Positions 12,564 through 25,891 are shown, counted from the stretch's first letter. The stretch is DNA of 64,000 nt from Octopus vulgaris (GCA_951406725.2 OX597833.1:20460001-20524000), one strand, 5' to 3'. The notes: a model not told the origin generated them from the sequence alone. Program-made: numbers and translations.

Positions 12564-12639
<76 letters not shown>

Positions 12640-12846
12640 GTTTCAAATTTTGCCACAAGAGAAGCAATTTTGGGGGAGGAGATGAGTCGATAACATCGAC
12701 CCCAGTGTTTCACTGGTACTTATTTTATCGATCCCGAAAGGATGAAAGTCAAAGTCGATCTGGGCGGAATTTGAACGTAGCGGCAGACGAAATACCGCTA
12801 AGCATCTCACCCGGGGTGCTAACGATTCTGTCAGTTCGCCGCCTTA

Positions 12847-12924
<78 letters not shown>

Positions 12925-12928
<4 letters not shown>

Positions 12929-13479
12929 GTCCTGATGCAGTACCAGGCAATGGCTCTCATGGCTGCTGATCTTAACTGATTGGAAGTGTTATCATGTACA
13001 TTGTTTTGTCTTGGTATAAAAGATGGGCTACAGCAAATATTCTGCTCAATACCACAGATTTGCTTGTCAGTTGTTTGACCATAACCAGTTGAGCATGCCC
13101 CTTAGTGGCTGACGATATGTGTATCTCTGATCACAAGCAGAAGTAGTGGGGGAGTATCATAGCCAGGTGTTGAAAGGAATTCTTAGAGGTTTGGATAATT
13201 CACCTTTGGAAACATGAGGGGTTCGTACAACATCCTTAAACAATCCTTATTCATGGACCTTTTGAGTGGGATGGGCTACTCGACCAGAAGAAAATTCTAA
13301 CTGGGCTCCACCTACAAGGTCATGCACTGTTTACCTTGACATGAGATCACCATGTCGCGCAAATATGGTTATGATGCATGTATCTGGTGTACTCTTATCA
13401 GACGGGTAGTCATGATGGGTATACTGGACTTCGTATATTTTACCCAAGTGTCACTTTGATATCATGCTCTGCTCTCTCA

Positions 13480-13480
<1 letters not shown>
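12925..13480 (+). mobile_element. ~560 bp (AAT)n-flanked element copy
   Basis: Homologous to 9922-10510. Confidence 0.85.
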
Positions 13481-13550
<70 letters not shown>

Positions 13551-14020
13551 CAACAATAATAATAATGATGATGATGATAGATAATGGCCATTATTTATGC
13601 CTTGTTTATCACTATGTAAAAACCAGTATAATTGGAGCACAAGCACGGATTTACAATATAGAATGATGATGAACTATAACCTCAGATCCTGCCACAGAAC
13701 GCTTGGAGTTCTTTACTAATCTAAACAATATTTAATATTGTTAGTCTGGTTTACTAACAGGGAGCTTATAAAGTATTTTGCCCAGATTGATACTCCCTCA
13801 CAAATAACTGTTATATATATGACGCAAACAAACTGTCACCGGTTGTCAAGCGATGGTGATGGTGGTGGTGGTGGGGACAAATACAAACACAAAGACACAC
13901 ACACACACACAAATATTAATATTTTTAAGTCTCTCTAAAGGAGACTACGGCAGCGGTACTCGGCAGAATTCGTCCTATTGTTCTGGACTGCCACGTTAGC
14001 TTGTAGCTTGGCGATAACTA

Positions 14021-14074
<54 letters not shown>

Positions 14075-14447
14075 ATCTTTATCTTTTATTAAACTTTTAA
14101 TACTTTTGATATTTATATAAAAATTTATATAAATATTTATATATTTCTATAAAAAAATTAACAAATAAAATAATATATAAAAATAAAAATATACATACAT
14201 ACATATATATTTGTATATATATATTTAAAATTTATAAGTTTAAATTATTTAAATATTTTTTTAATTTTTAACTTTTATACTTTTAAATTAATTTTATGTA
14301 TTGGCTTATGTTTATCACTGTTTGATTTGCCTAATAGTGGTTTTATCTCTAATTTAATATAATATAATATAATATATTTATACTATAAAATTGAATTTAA
14401 TCCTAAATCTAATTTTTCCTTGTAAGTTTGGATTTATTCCCTAATAT

Positions 14448-14567
<120 letters not shown>

Positions 14568-14673
14568 AATCCCCCCCAAAACGAAGAACAAGCAGACAAG
14601 AAAAAACAACAACAACGCGAGGACGTGGTTCATGTTAAGTATTAGCAGACGCTCAGGGAAGGGAAGAAAGATG

Positions 14674-14708
14674 GTTTTACATTTCGAGCAAAGCTCTTCT
14701 TCAGAAAC
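14674..14708 (-). ncRNA. Minimal type-I hammerhead-like motif in (TA)n-flanked unit ~14565-14778
   Basis: GUUU-CUGAAGA-A-GAGC UUU GCUC-GAAA-UGU-A-AAAC: 4-bp stems I and II, GUA triplet. Confidence 0.65.
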
Positions 14709-14904
14709 AGGAGACATAGGAAAGTTCAATAGGAAAGGAAGATGAAGCAAAAAAGTCGCCAACGATTCACCTGTTGGTATATATATATATATATATATAT
14801 ATAAGGGAGAATTCACAAAAAAAAAAAACAAAAACAAAAGACGAAGGCAGGTGGTGTAGACAACAAACAGATGTTTTAGTGTAACGCTCGGGAAGTGAAA
14901 AAGT

Positions 14905-14940
14905 CTTTAATGTTTCGAGCCTATGCTCTTCCACAGAAAG
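14905..14940 (-). ncRNA. Hammerhead-like motif with A6U core variant in (TA)n-flanked unit ~14803-14995
   Basis: CUUU-CUGUGGA-A-GAGC AUAG GCUC-GAAA-CAU-U-AAAG. Confidence 0.45.
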
Positions 14941-15816
14941 GAACACAGAAAGAAACAAGGAGAGAAAATAATGTATAGTGGCTAGCGATCTATCATATAT
15001 ATATATATATATATACGACGGGCTTCTTTCAGATTTCGTCTACCAAATCCACTCACCAGGCTTTGGTCGGCCCGAGACCATAGTAGAAAACACTTGTTCA
15101 ATGTGCCACGCGGTGGGACTGAACCCGAAACCATATGGTTGCGAAGCAAGCTTCTTACCACACATACACACACACTGTTGTACCACTAATTTTTCATGAG
15201 AAAATAATGCTCTTACCTGGTTATTTTCCATCGTGAAGTTTACATAAGTTTCTCACTTTTTCATTATAAACAACGGTAGGTAAGGTCAACAATGATAATT
15301 CCTTTCTGTGTCCAAGAGGTTTTTCCTGTTGTCATAAACTGAACTTCTATTTTCTAGCTAATTAAATTAGTTTGGAGAAAGAAAGAAAAAAAAAATAATT
15401 AGGTTGCATTTGCCAATAAAATTTGTTTGAACAAAGCAATAAAAACTTTTAACTACTGAATCTTATGAAAGGAAAAATCACAATGGCGTCACACTCTTTT
15501 TGTCATTCTCTTTTAACGACTAAATCTTATAATTTCTCTTTCTCTCTCTCGCATTCATTTTCTCTCCCTTTCTCTCTCTCACTCACTCACTTACTCAGGG
15601 ATTTTCTATGTTTAAATATACACACATACGCACGCACATATGCATGTATACACATACAATTACACGCACACATATATATACACATACATATATATATATA
15701 TATGTATATATACATACATATATACATATACATGCATATACATTTATAATACATACAAACATACATACATACATATATATATATGTATATATATATATAT
15801 CAATGCTTGTGTGTGA

Positions 15817-15869
<53 letters not shown>

Positions 15870-16086
15870 AACACACAAGCATTTATAGGTGTGTGTGTTT
15901 TAGTACATCCGAATGTACGTAATTAATATATTGCATGTAAATATATGTGTATGAGTGTGTGCGCGTGTGCATGCATATGCGTATGTATGTATGTATGTAT
16001 GTATGTATGTATGTATGTATGTATGTATGTATGTACGTATGTATGTATGTATCTATCTATCTATGTAAGTATGTATGCATATTATA

Positions 16087-16144
<58 letters not shown>

Positions 16145-16635
16145 CGTGTGTGTATGCATATATATTGTCTTCTGTGCACGACAGTGTGTATGTGCGTGTT
16201 TGAATGTAATTTCGTGCACGCGTTTACAATGCATATATATATACAATAATAATTATTTACATCATATGTTCAAACTTCCTTCAAATATTTTCCATCGCTT
16301 GTTTTTAAAACAACTCAATAAAACGAAGATTCTAGCTCTCTTAAAATGACGTGTTTTTTCTTCTTTTTTTTTTGCTTTCAAATATTAATTCCTCGTATGC
16401 TTCTTTCTCCTGCAGACTTTACTTTGGCTAGTGGAACAGCTCGCAAGATAGGAATCGACCAGGAAATCGCTGTGTTGTCTGTCTTACATAACGTAGCTAA
16501 CACCACTTACATAATACAGCTAACATCGCTATTATCTTATAACAAGCGCTGTGTTATAAAAATCACAATAAAATACACGAAACAGATACATAAGGATACA
16601 TACGTACTCCCCACCACACGTAGATATATATGTTT

Positions 16636-16742
<107 letters not shown>

Positions 16743-16787
16743 GTATGTAAATATATGTATGTACGTATGTATGTACATATATGTATA

Positions 16788-16854
<67 letters not shown>

Positions 16855-17489
16855 GTTCACGTACCCATTTGAACATCAGCCAACAACAAACATGGACATT
16901 TTCATATTCATAAAAACACCTTCAGACACAGATACACACACATAGGAACACACATACACACACACACACAGAGGTACACACATACATATGCATACACACA
17001 CACACGCACAAAAACACATGTACATACACGCACATACTCACTCACTTACTCTTGCGCACGCGCAACACGCACGCGCAACACGCACGCACACCTGCTCGTA
17101 GACTCACATTCATACACAGGAGACAAGTTTATATAACATTAAATGTTGACACATTTACATAAACAGTTACGTGTGTGTGTATAAGTATATGTATATAAGT
17201 ATGAATACACGCACGCACACACGCACGCACTCACACACACATACACAGACACAACTCGGTGATTAGTAATTGAGATACGTTAAAATACACAGACCTCTAG
17301 TAAGGTTAGGCAAATTAATATGCTTTATAGTTTGACCCAGGTCACTCTGATACAGAAGACAGACCTTTGGCGATCAAAATTCGAGCATTTCGTCTTTTAT
17401 TCAGACATAGAGTACCCAGGACTACGCTACTTATTATGTTCTTACCCGATATCTTTTTTTTTTTAAAGACGGTAGGGTTTGACTGATAT

Positions 17490-17910
17490 TTCTTATTTCT
17501 TTATTACCCACAAGGGGCTAAATATAGAAGGGGCAAACAAGGGCAGACAAACGGATTAAGTTGATTATATCGACCCCAGTGCATAACTGGTACTTAATTT
17601 ATCGACTCCGAAAGGATGAAAGGTAAAGTCGACCTCAGCGGAATTTGAACTCAGAACGTAGCGGCAGACGAAATACCTATTTCTTTATTACCCACAAGGG
17701 GCTAAACATAGAGGGGACAAACAAGGACAGACAAAGGGATTAAGACGATTACATCGACCCCAGTGAGTAACTGGTACTTAATTTATCGACCCCGAAAGGA
17801 TGAAAGGCAAAGTCGACCTCGGCGGAATTTGAACTCAGAACGTAACGGCAGACGAAATACCTCTTAGCATTTCGCCCGACGTGCTAACGTTTCTGCCAGC
17901 TCGCCGCCTT
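17490..17910 (-). mobile_element. SINE family B head-to-tail dimer
   Basis: Two ~190 bp units joined at AAAGAAATAGG/TATTTCGTCTG (read on the minus strand). Confidence 0.85.
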
Positions 17911-18745
17911 TTACTGATATTTCTAGCAATTGACCGATTTTTCTAGCAATTCAACGAACATGTAAGGGCATCTTTTTTTTATGATGGACGTAATTAGTCT
18001 GGAGTTCTTATATAATCAAGGTTAAGCTTTTAATTTAACTCTGATATATTACTGGTACTTGACCCTGACATATCACTGGTAATTTACATCACCATTCCAG
18101 TTGGAATAACTGAGATTGTCAACCTAGATGAAATGCAAACTCGGTACTTGTAGGGAAAGAAGCAAAATGTTGTTGGGCATTTGTGATTAAGTCTCACGGA
18201 GTTCAATTCCAATCGAGCACACGATAATTATTAACGTTCCACCTGTGACTATCCACGTCTGTCATTTTATTTTTCCAGGAACAATATATCAGCAAGTTCG
18301 TGGGGTGGGAAATAAATCGGTTACATTGACCCCAGTACTCCGCTCGTACTTATTTTATCGACCCCGAAAGGATGAAAGACAAAGTCGGCCTCGGCGGAAT
18401 TTGAACTCAGAACGTATAGACGGAGGAAAATGCTGCTAAGCATTATATCCGGCGTGCTAACGATACTGCCAGCTCACCGCCTTGGCTTGGTACTAAACAA
18501 CAAATGCAACGTTATTTTATGCAGTAATAAATCGTTGTTTGCACGGCGAACAACAAGAATTGAAACGATGACCTGCACATTTACACTTAAAACGCTCCAG
18601 CAGATTCCAATTCAGGCGTAAAGACGGACGAAATGCCGCTAAGCATTTTGTCCGGTGTGATAACGATTCTGCCAGCTTGCCGTCTTAGAAGGGATAAATA
18701 TTGCTTCTCGGTGTTGATATTGCCTCTGTCGCTAATATATATACA

Positions 18746-18893
18746 TGTGTGGTATGTAGCTTGCTTACCGACCACATAGTTTCGGGTTCAGTCCCACTGC
18801 GTGGAACCTTGGGCAAGTGTCTTCTACTATACCCTCGGGCTGACCAAAGCCTTGTCAGTGGAGTTGGTAGACGGAATCTGAAAGAAGCCAGTC

Positions 18894-18949
<56 letters not shown>

Positions 18950-19160
18950 GTTTGTGTGTCTATGTTTGTCCTCCACCATCGCTTGACAACCGATGCTGGT
19001 GTATTTTCGTCCCCGTAACTTAGCAGTTCGGCAAAAGACACGGTAGAATAAGTACTAGGCTTACACAGAATAAATCCTGGGATGGATTTGATCGACTAAA
19101 GGCGAAGCTCCAGTATGGTCGCTGTCAAATGACAGAAACAAATAAAATGATAAAAGAATA
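18746..19160 (+). mobile_element. SINE family A (tRNA head, CORE-like segment, internal TA/TG microsatellite, LINE-like tail)
   Basis: GGTTCAGTCCC B-box, CCTTGGGCAAGTG CORE-like segment, tail resembling GGCGGTGCTCCAGCATGGCCGCAGTC. Confidence 0.85.
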
Positions 19161-19169
19161 TATATATAT

Positions 19170-19915
19170 GATTTTGATTTTGATTTTTGATTTTTCAAGT
19201 TTCAGCTAATGAGCTGTGACCATGCTGGGGCACCGCCATTTGGTTTGCTACACGATTTTACTTCACGGATGCTTTTTAACAAACGCCATCTGATGCATGA
19301 GAGAGTTCGATGCAGCTGCCCTCATCTGCACCTCCTGCCGTGAAGTTGGTTCATCCGGGACACCTGACAGGAAGAGATCCAATCCTACTTTAAAGACATC
19401 CGCATCTACACCATGCAGGTCCCTCAGGTTCTTTGGGAGGATATTGAAGAGCTGTGGGCCTCTGAAGCCCAGGCTATCACAGTATCTTGTCCTACATCTT
19501 GATGGCAAATTTGGAATCCTTGGTACCACGCAGTGGCGCCCGGTTCTGGCATTTGTGTGACTCTCGATGCCAAAGTTTGGGACAAGTCCTTCCAGGATCT
19601 TCCAGATATATAGTATGTCATATCTTTCTCGCCTACGCTCCAGGGAATAAAGCTTTAATCTCTTGAGTCTTTCCCAGTAGCTCATATGCTGCACAGAGGC
19701 TATCTTCTTCGTGTAGCTTCGTTGGATCGCCTCAAGTTCTGTGATCAACTTGACACTGGATGGTGACCATAGCTGAGAGCAATAGTCAAAGTGGTTTAGG
19801 ACAAGTGTCTTCCAGAGGACCATCATGGTTTTTTGTTCTCTTGTTCTAAAGGTTCTAAGAATCCATCCAGCCAGCCGTCTACATTTCATTGCCAGTTTAG
19901 CAACATGTACATGAA
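19170..19915 (-). mobile_element. 5'-truncated CR1/L2-group LINE: RT C-terminus, 3' UTR and (AAAATC)n tail
   Basis: ORF 19263-19889: GWILRTF...DYCSQLWSP...LEAIQR...SYWERLKRLKLYSLERRRER. Confidence 0.9.
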
Positions 19916-19984
19916 TATATATATAAAAGACAAAATAGAGTGAAAAAACTACAGAAGGCTAGTGTTATATGGTTAAAGAATATA

Positions 19985-20740
19985 TTTAAATCGTTATGTT
20001 AGAAAAATGTTATAAAATTTTGCGTATAGTAACATTGTTTTTGGAGAAATAACCGGTTTCGTGTTTTCTTTTCAAATTTCTCAAATTTCTCTACCTATAT
20101 TGTGTCATGTCTTCGCTATGTTGTGAAAAATGGAGTTACAGACAGGGGAAGGTAATCAGGGATATCTTCCGGTATAAGGGAGATAATCAAAAATGTTGTG
20201 AATGACTAGGTTTTATTAATTTAACATGATTTGATTTAGAAGTAATAGAATGTTACAAGTAGTTAGGTCTTGCTTTATATTGTTTTCAATGAGGTGAGTT
20301 TCTCGTAGTTTTGGTGTATGTATGTACGACTTTGGTGATTTTTTAATGGTTTCATTTATAATCTGGCTTTTGTGGATTTTTGTTGCATTTAAAGTTTGTT
20401 AGAAAGTCAATTTCTGTGGTTGCCAGTTCTTTTCCATGGATCTTAATTAGTGAGGATAGAGTTTTCATTATTTTTTGCGCGGTGTAGTTTGTAATTTTTT
20501 CGTAATGTTGACTGTCATTAAGCATGGAGATTACTAGATTTCTATAGTATAATGTGTCCATTATTACAACTGCACTTCCTTTACCTGCTTCCTTAATCAT
20601 TATATCTTCATTATTTTGAAGTTCTGTTAGTTCCTTCCATTGTGTAGTGCTAAAGTTTGAGTTAACTGTCTGTTTATGCATGGTGTGGTAGGGAAGGTTC
20701 TCAATATGGTTGCAGAATTCATCAAGATTTTTATTTCTTG
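19985..20740 (-). mobile_element. Internally deleted Penelope-like element remnant
   Basis: ORF 20352-20681 LQNNEDIMIKEAGKGSAVVIMD matches the PLE IKxADKG motif; LIKPS-like C-terminal remnant near 20210. Confidence 0.7.
20044..20082 (-). ncRNA. Minimal type-I hammerhead-like motif at the PLE 3' end
   Basis: GAGAAAU-UUGAAAA-GAAAACAC-GAAA-CCGG-UU-AUUUCUC: 7-bp stem I, palindromic ACCGGU helix III, U3-A8 in place of C3-G8. Confidence 0.6.
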
Positions 20741-21650
20741 ATCATGCTAAAGCACCTTGACTAAGCATTGAAGAGTTTTAGTCAAACCAATCGATTCCAG
20801 TACTTATTTTCCTTTGAAATCTGCTACTTTTTTTGTTGGTCTTTTTGACCGAACCGTTACGTAGATGTAAACAAACCAACACCAGTTGTAAAGCGGTGGA
20901 AATGGTGTGGACAGACAGAAGCTCAAAGACAAATATATACACACATATATATATGACGCGCTCCTTTCTGTTTCCGTCCACCAGATACACCCATAAGACC
21001 TTGGTTAACCCAGGATTATAGGGGAAGACAGTTGACTAAGGTGCTATGTAGCGAGATTGAACGCGAAACCATGTGGCTGGTTAGCAAATTTCTTACTATA
21101 CATTCATATCTACACTTATGAGATTCTTTTCGCAAGAATAGCAATAAGCACATATAAATTCTTTTGGTTTTTAGGCTAAGATCAAAATGCGCCAGTCTCT
21201 ACCTTACACGGCCCCTATTTAGGAACTAAGCAAAGATTAACAAAAAAGGTCTTGTATACTGTTAATTTTAAAATTTAGTTCATTTATCTCGACCACACAA
21301 TTACATACAGTTACTGATAGAAATAAATAGATAAGGCAGAGAATAGCATTTTTAAGTGGAGAGAAATGTGACAAAGTTTAGCTATTAGAAGTAGCTCTTA
21401 TAACTAAAAAAGAAGAAAAAAGCAACACCAGCAAATAATACGAAAACTGCAAACCTGTGAGCAAAATACTCGGGGACGTATTCTTGCTCAAATTCAATGC
21501 AACTGTCCTAGAGTAAGCTAGTCTTAGATACATTAAACTTCCATAAAAGTCGGGATTGGCTTGGATGGTAGTTACTTGGTCATAAATCAATCAGGTTTCA
21601 TCCGATGGTTAAACAGCTGCAGTACCAAGAGTAACAACAACAATAACAGT

Positions 21651-21835
21651 GGAGGCGCAATGGCCCAGTGGTTAGGGTAGCGGACTCGCGGTTGTAAGAA
21701 CGCGGTTTCGATTCCCAGACCGGGCATTGAGTGTTTATTTGAGTAAAAACACCTAAGCTCCACGAGGCTCCGGCGGGGAGGGCTGGTGAACTCCGCTGTA
21801 CTCTTTCACCACAACTCTCTCTCACTCTTTCTTCC
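21651..21835 (+). mobile_element. SINE family C (tRNA head); other copies ~36870-37175(-), 43060-43260(-), 52489-52775(+)
   Basis: GGAGGCGCAATGGCCCAGTGGTTAG A-box, GGTTTCGATTCCC B-box, shared AAACACCTAAGCTCCAC. Confidence 0.8.
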
Positions 21836-21865
21836 TACTTCTTCAACAAAGCAGAGGAACCATGG

Positions 21866-22213
21866 TGTAACCTACTATGGTGTAAACTTTCAGACCCTAG
21901 TCTAGATTGCGAATTCCCTCTACCCCAGGATGGTTCAGCTCTCCACCCGTTAACGGAATGAGGATAACAACGTAGCTTTCGCGCCCGTGCAATCGCCAGG
22001 CTATCGTGTGTGGTGGGTGGATCTCCAAGTTGCCGCACGCATTCTTAGTAGCTTAGAGTAGGCTCGAATTAGAAATTATTTTTTGTTGCTAATGGCGTGA
22101 GTCCTGATTAGAAGAAGAAGAAGAAGAAGAAGAAGAAGAAGAAGAAGAAGAAGAAGAAGAAGAAGAAGAAGAAGAAGAAGAAGAAGAAGAAGAAGAAGAA
22201 GAAGAAGAAGAAG
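21866..22213 (+). mobile_element. Retroposon 3' end with (GAA)n tail; second copy ~50765-51070
   Basis: Two ~240 bp homologous copies, both ending in (GAA)n; RTE-like assignment is inference. Confidence 0.75.
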
Positions 22214-22813
22214 ACGACAACAACAACAATCACATCAACACCAACATCACAACTTCTTTTCTTTAAATTGGTTTCTTTTACTTTGTAGGATCCCTTCCGA
22301 CAAAGTACACAGCATGAGATCGCAGAGTTAGTAAGCGGAGAGTGGTGAATAAAGCCAAGAATCGTGGCGCTCCCGACGGTACCACTGCTCAATGTCCCAC
22401 AACACAATAAATTTGATATTTTTTTTTAGATAAGATTCGAAGCGTAAAGAAAACATCTGAGTATGGCACTTGTTGGTCTCTGGTCCACCTGCTGTTGACT
22501 CATAAATTACAGGAATAGAAATCGACGGGCTAATTCGTCAATAGATGTTGTGACATGTTCCCGCCACTAGAAAACGGACACCAATAACATTCACTGACGG
22601 ATATTGTTGAAATATTGTCACTTTGTTTTTTTTTTTTTTCTGTTAAAAAAAATGTCTGTTCTGAAAGCGGCCATTGTGTGCATGTGTGTGTATAAATACA
22701 TATAATAGAGGTCACAAAAGTGACGACGGGTGCTGGCCAACACCCTCCGTCACTTTTGTGACTGCTATAAATTTTACCTTTAGGCTGTAATTGCTAATAA
22801 GCCACCCTTTTAG

Positions 22814-22868
<55 letters not shown>

Positions 22869-23055
22869 TATTTACGTTATTAATGGCTACAAAGGGAAAA
22901 AAGTGATAATTATTTACATAAATGCAGCGTGACTAATGAATTTCAAGAAAATAAATTAGTAGTGCAACGTAAGCATCCTGGCATACAATAGGTGGAGGTG
23001 GGAGTTCGAGTTTTGGATTGTGCGAGCATGTATCTATACGCACACTATTATACAT

Positions 23056-23152
<97 letters not shown>

Positions 23153-23384
23153 AATATTTCTTTACTACCCACAAGGGATTAAACACAGAGGGGACAAACA
23201 AGAACAGACAAACGGATTAAGTCGATTACATCGACCCCAGTGCGCAACTAGTACTTAATTTATCGAACCCGAAAGGATGAAAGGTAAAGTCGACCTCGGC
23301 GGAAATTGAACTCAGAACACAACGGTAGACGAAATACGGCTACGCATTTCGCCCGGCGTACTAACGTTTCTGTCATGCCGCTAT

Positions 23385-23805
23385 AGACGCAGGAGTGGCT
23401 GTGTGGTCAGTAGCTTGCACACCAACCACATGGTTCCGGGTTCAGTCACACTGCGTGGCACCTTGGGCAAGTGTCTTCTACTATAGTCTCGGGCCGACCA
23501 AAGCCTTGTGAGTGGATTTGGTAGATGGAAACTGAAAGAAGCCTGCCGTATATATGTATATATGTATATATATGTGTGTGTGTGTGTGTGTTTGTGTGTC
23601 TGTGTTTGGCTCCCCAATATCGCTTGACAACCGATGGTGGTGTGTTTACGTCCCCGTAATTATAGCGGTTCGGCAAAAGAGACCGATACAATAAGTACTA
23701 GGCTTACAAAGAATAAGTCCTGGGATAGATTTACTCGACTAAAGGCGGTGTTCCAGCATGGCCGCAGTCAAATGACTGAAACAAGTAAAAGAGTAAAAGA
23801 GTATA
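23385..23805 (+). mobile_element. SINE family A, full copy
   Basis: All family-A segments present. Confidence 0.9.
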
Positions 23806-24533
23806 CATATATATATGTGTATGTATATATATATATATATAATAGATGCTACACGGATTGAAGTCGAACCAAGAACGAAAGGTGAGGCTTGGCGGAACAT
23901 CGGTCACGTGGAAGGAGAAGGGAGAGGTAGGGGAAGAGGGATTGAAGAATTAGGGAGTTGACGAGAAAGAGAAGAAAAGAAAGGAAAGGTACTGAGAGAA
24001 TGGTACAAGGGGTAAAAGAGGAAGGAAAGTGATGAGAATGAAGGGAAGGCCAAGAAATGTGCGAGAGGGGGGGACGAGAATAAGAAAAGTGGAAAGAACG
24101 AAGTGTGAAGGGGCTAAAAGAAAGAGTAAAAGAGTCGTACATAATTTAGATATATACATATATATACTAACATACAGGAGACCAAAAGTGTACGTACGCC
24201 GCTATATGTATATATATGTATAAAAAAAAATGGAACAAGAACGTAACAGGCGACAACAAAACATCCGGACAGTTAGACGATAAAAAAGGACGGGAAAAAA
24301 CACAAGGGCGGGTCATTCGAAGCTTTCTATCGTCAGTCGAATTCTGTCGAATATTACCCGGATCCTCCAAGTAGATTTTCGCTTCTTTTTTAAATAAAGA
24401 AACATATCGTCAGTCGAATTCCTGATCATCCCTGCAGTTTCGGCTTCCTTCAAGTCTTCCACAGGCTCTAATATCCCATTCCACCGATGTTATTAGATTG
24501 GATTTGTTTTTGAATAGAGAACACGGTGTAGCA

Positions 24534-24635
<102 letters not shown>

Positions 24636-25424
24636 ATATCTAGTTATACTGCGTCTCTTTCACTTTTTAATAGTGTGGTTTGAGGAAGGCTTGTTTGATA
24701 ATTCTGGAGGGGCCAAATGATTATGTAAATTACCATCTGCAAGATGCCATCTGTCCCCAACGTTTTGACCCTATCGCCTTGATTCTTTCTGCTTGGATGT
24801 GTCAACAATATTTGTGAGATTAGCATCATTAGCATTTCAGATATGTTTGGCTAACCTAAAATATCGTTAAACAACATAGCGTGACTTAACATAATTCTTC
24901 AGTTGTTGTTTATTATGTTTATACCGCGTCGAGGTCACATTCGTTGCTGAGATTGTTATTAGTGTTGTGGTTGTTGTTGCTGTTGTTTTTATTGTTACTG
25001 ATGTTACATCTCAGATCAGCTATAACCGATTACTTGCAAACCCCTAACCACAGTTCACCTTTAGTAAAGAAGAGTTATTTTCAAAGTCGATGTAGTTAAG
25101 AAATTCGCATCGCAGTTTTAGTGTTCTGGGTTCGGTCTCAATATGCGGTACATTGGAAAGAAAAGTGTCTTCATCTACGGCTTAGGTTCGGTTAACGCCT
25201 TAAGAAGAGTGGAATTGATACCCTCTGTCTTAATTTTTTTCTTGTTTTAGTCATTGGACTGCGGCCAAGCTGGGGCAACACCTTGAAGGCTTTTGTAGTA
25301 CTTATGCTTTTTTTTAAAAGTCTGATGCTTTTTTTAACGATTACTTTCGTTCTATTACAAAGGCATAAACAAACAAACACCGGTTGTCAAACGGTGGGGA
25401 AGGACTAACACAGATGCAAAATAG

Positions 25425-25464
<40 letters not shown>

Positions 25465-25534
25465 GCAAAATTCATTCACAAGGAAACAGCCGAACCGGGC
25501 TTTTCGCGATATCCTTAAAGCCAGGAACTTTTCA

Positions 25535-25612
<78 letters not shown>

Positions 25613-25782
25613 TAGAGAAAAACCACTATTATGCATGTATGTATGTATGTATGGCACCAAGCAAGTATGGTTTTAGAAGCTGTATGGAAAGGTGAGTCGG
25701 TGAGAATTGGTTGTACTGTCCTTTACCCTCTTGGCTTGTATACAAACATGCATACATACATATAAACATACATGCATACAAG

Positions 25783-25891
<109 letters not shown>

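Noticed and set aside
21651-21725. SINE heads as functional tRNA genes
   Set aside because: A and B boxes are present but no complete cloverleaf, and they continue into SINE bodies
24220-24460. CTGACGA/CTGATGA motifs on the minus strand here and at ~56300-56345, and CTGAAGA at ~26293
   Set aside because: GAAA precedes the core and I could not build convincing stems II and III; at best decayed or permuted motifs
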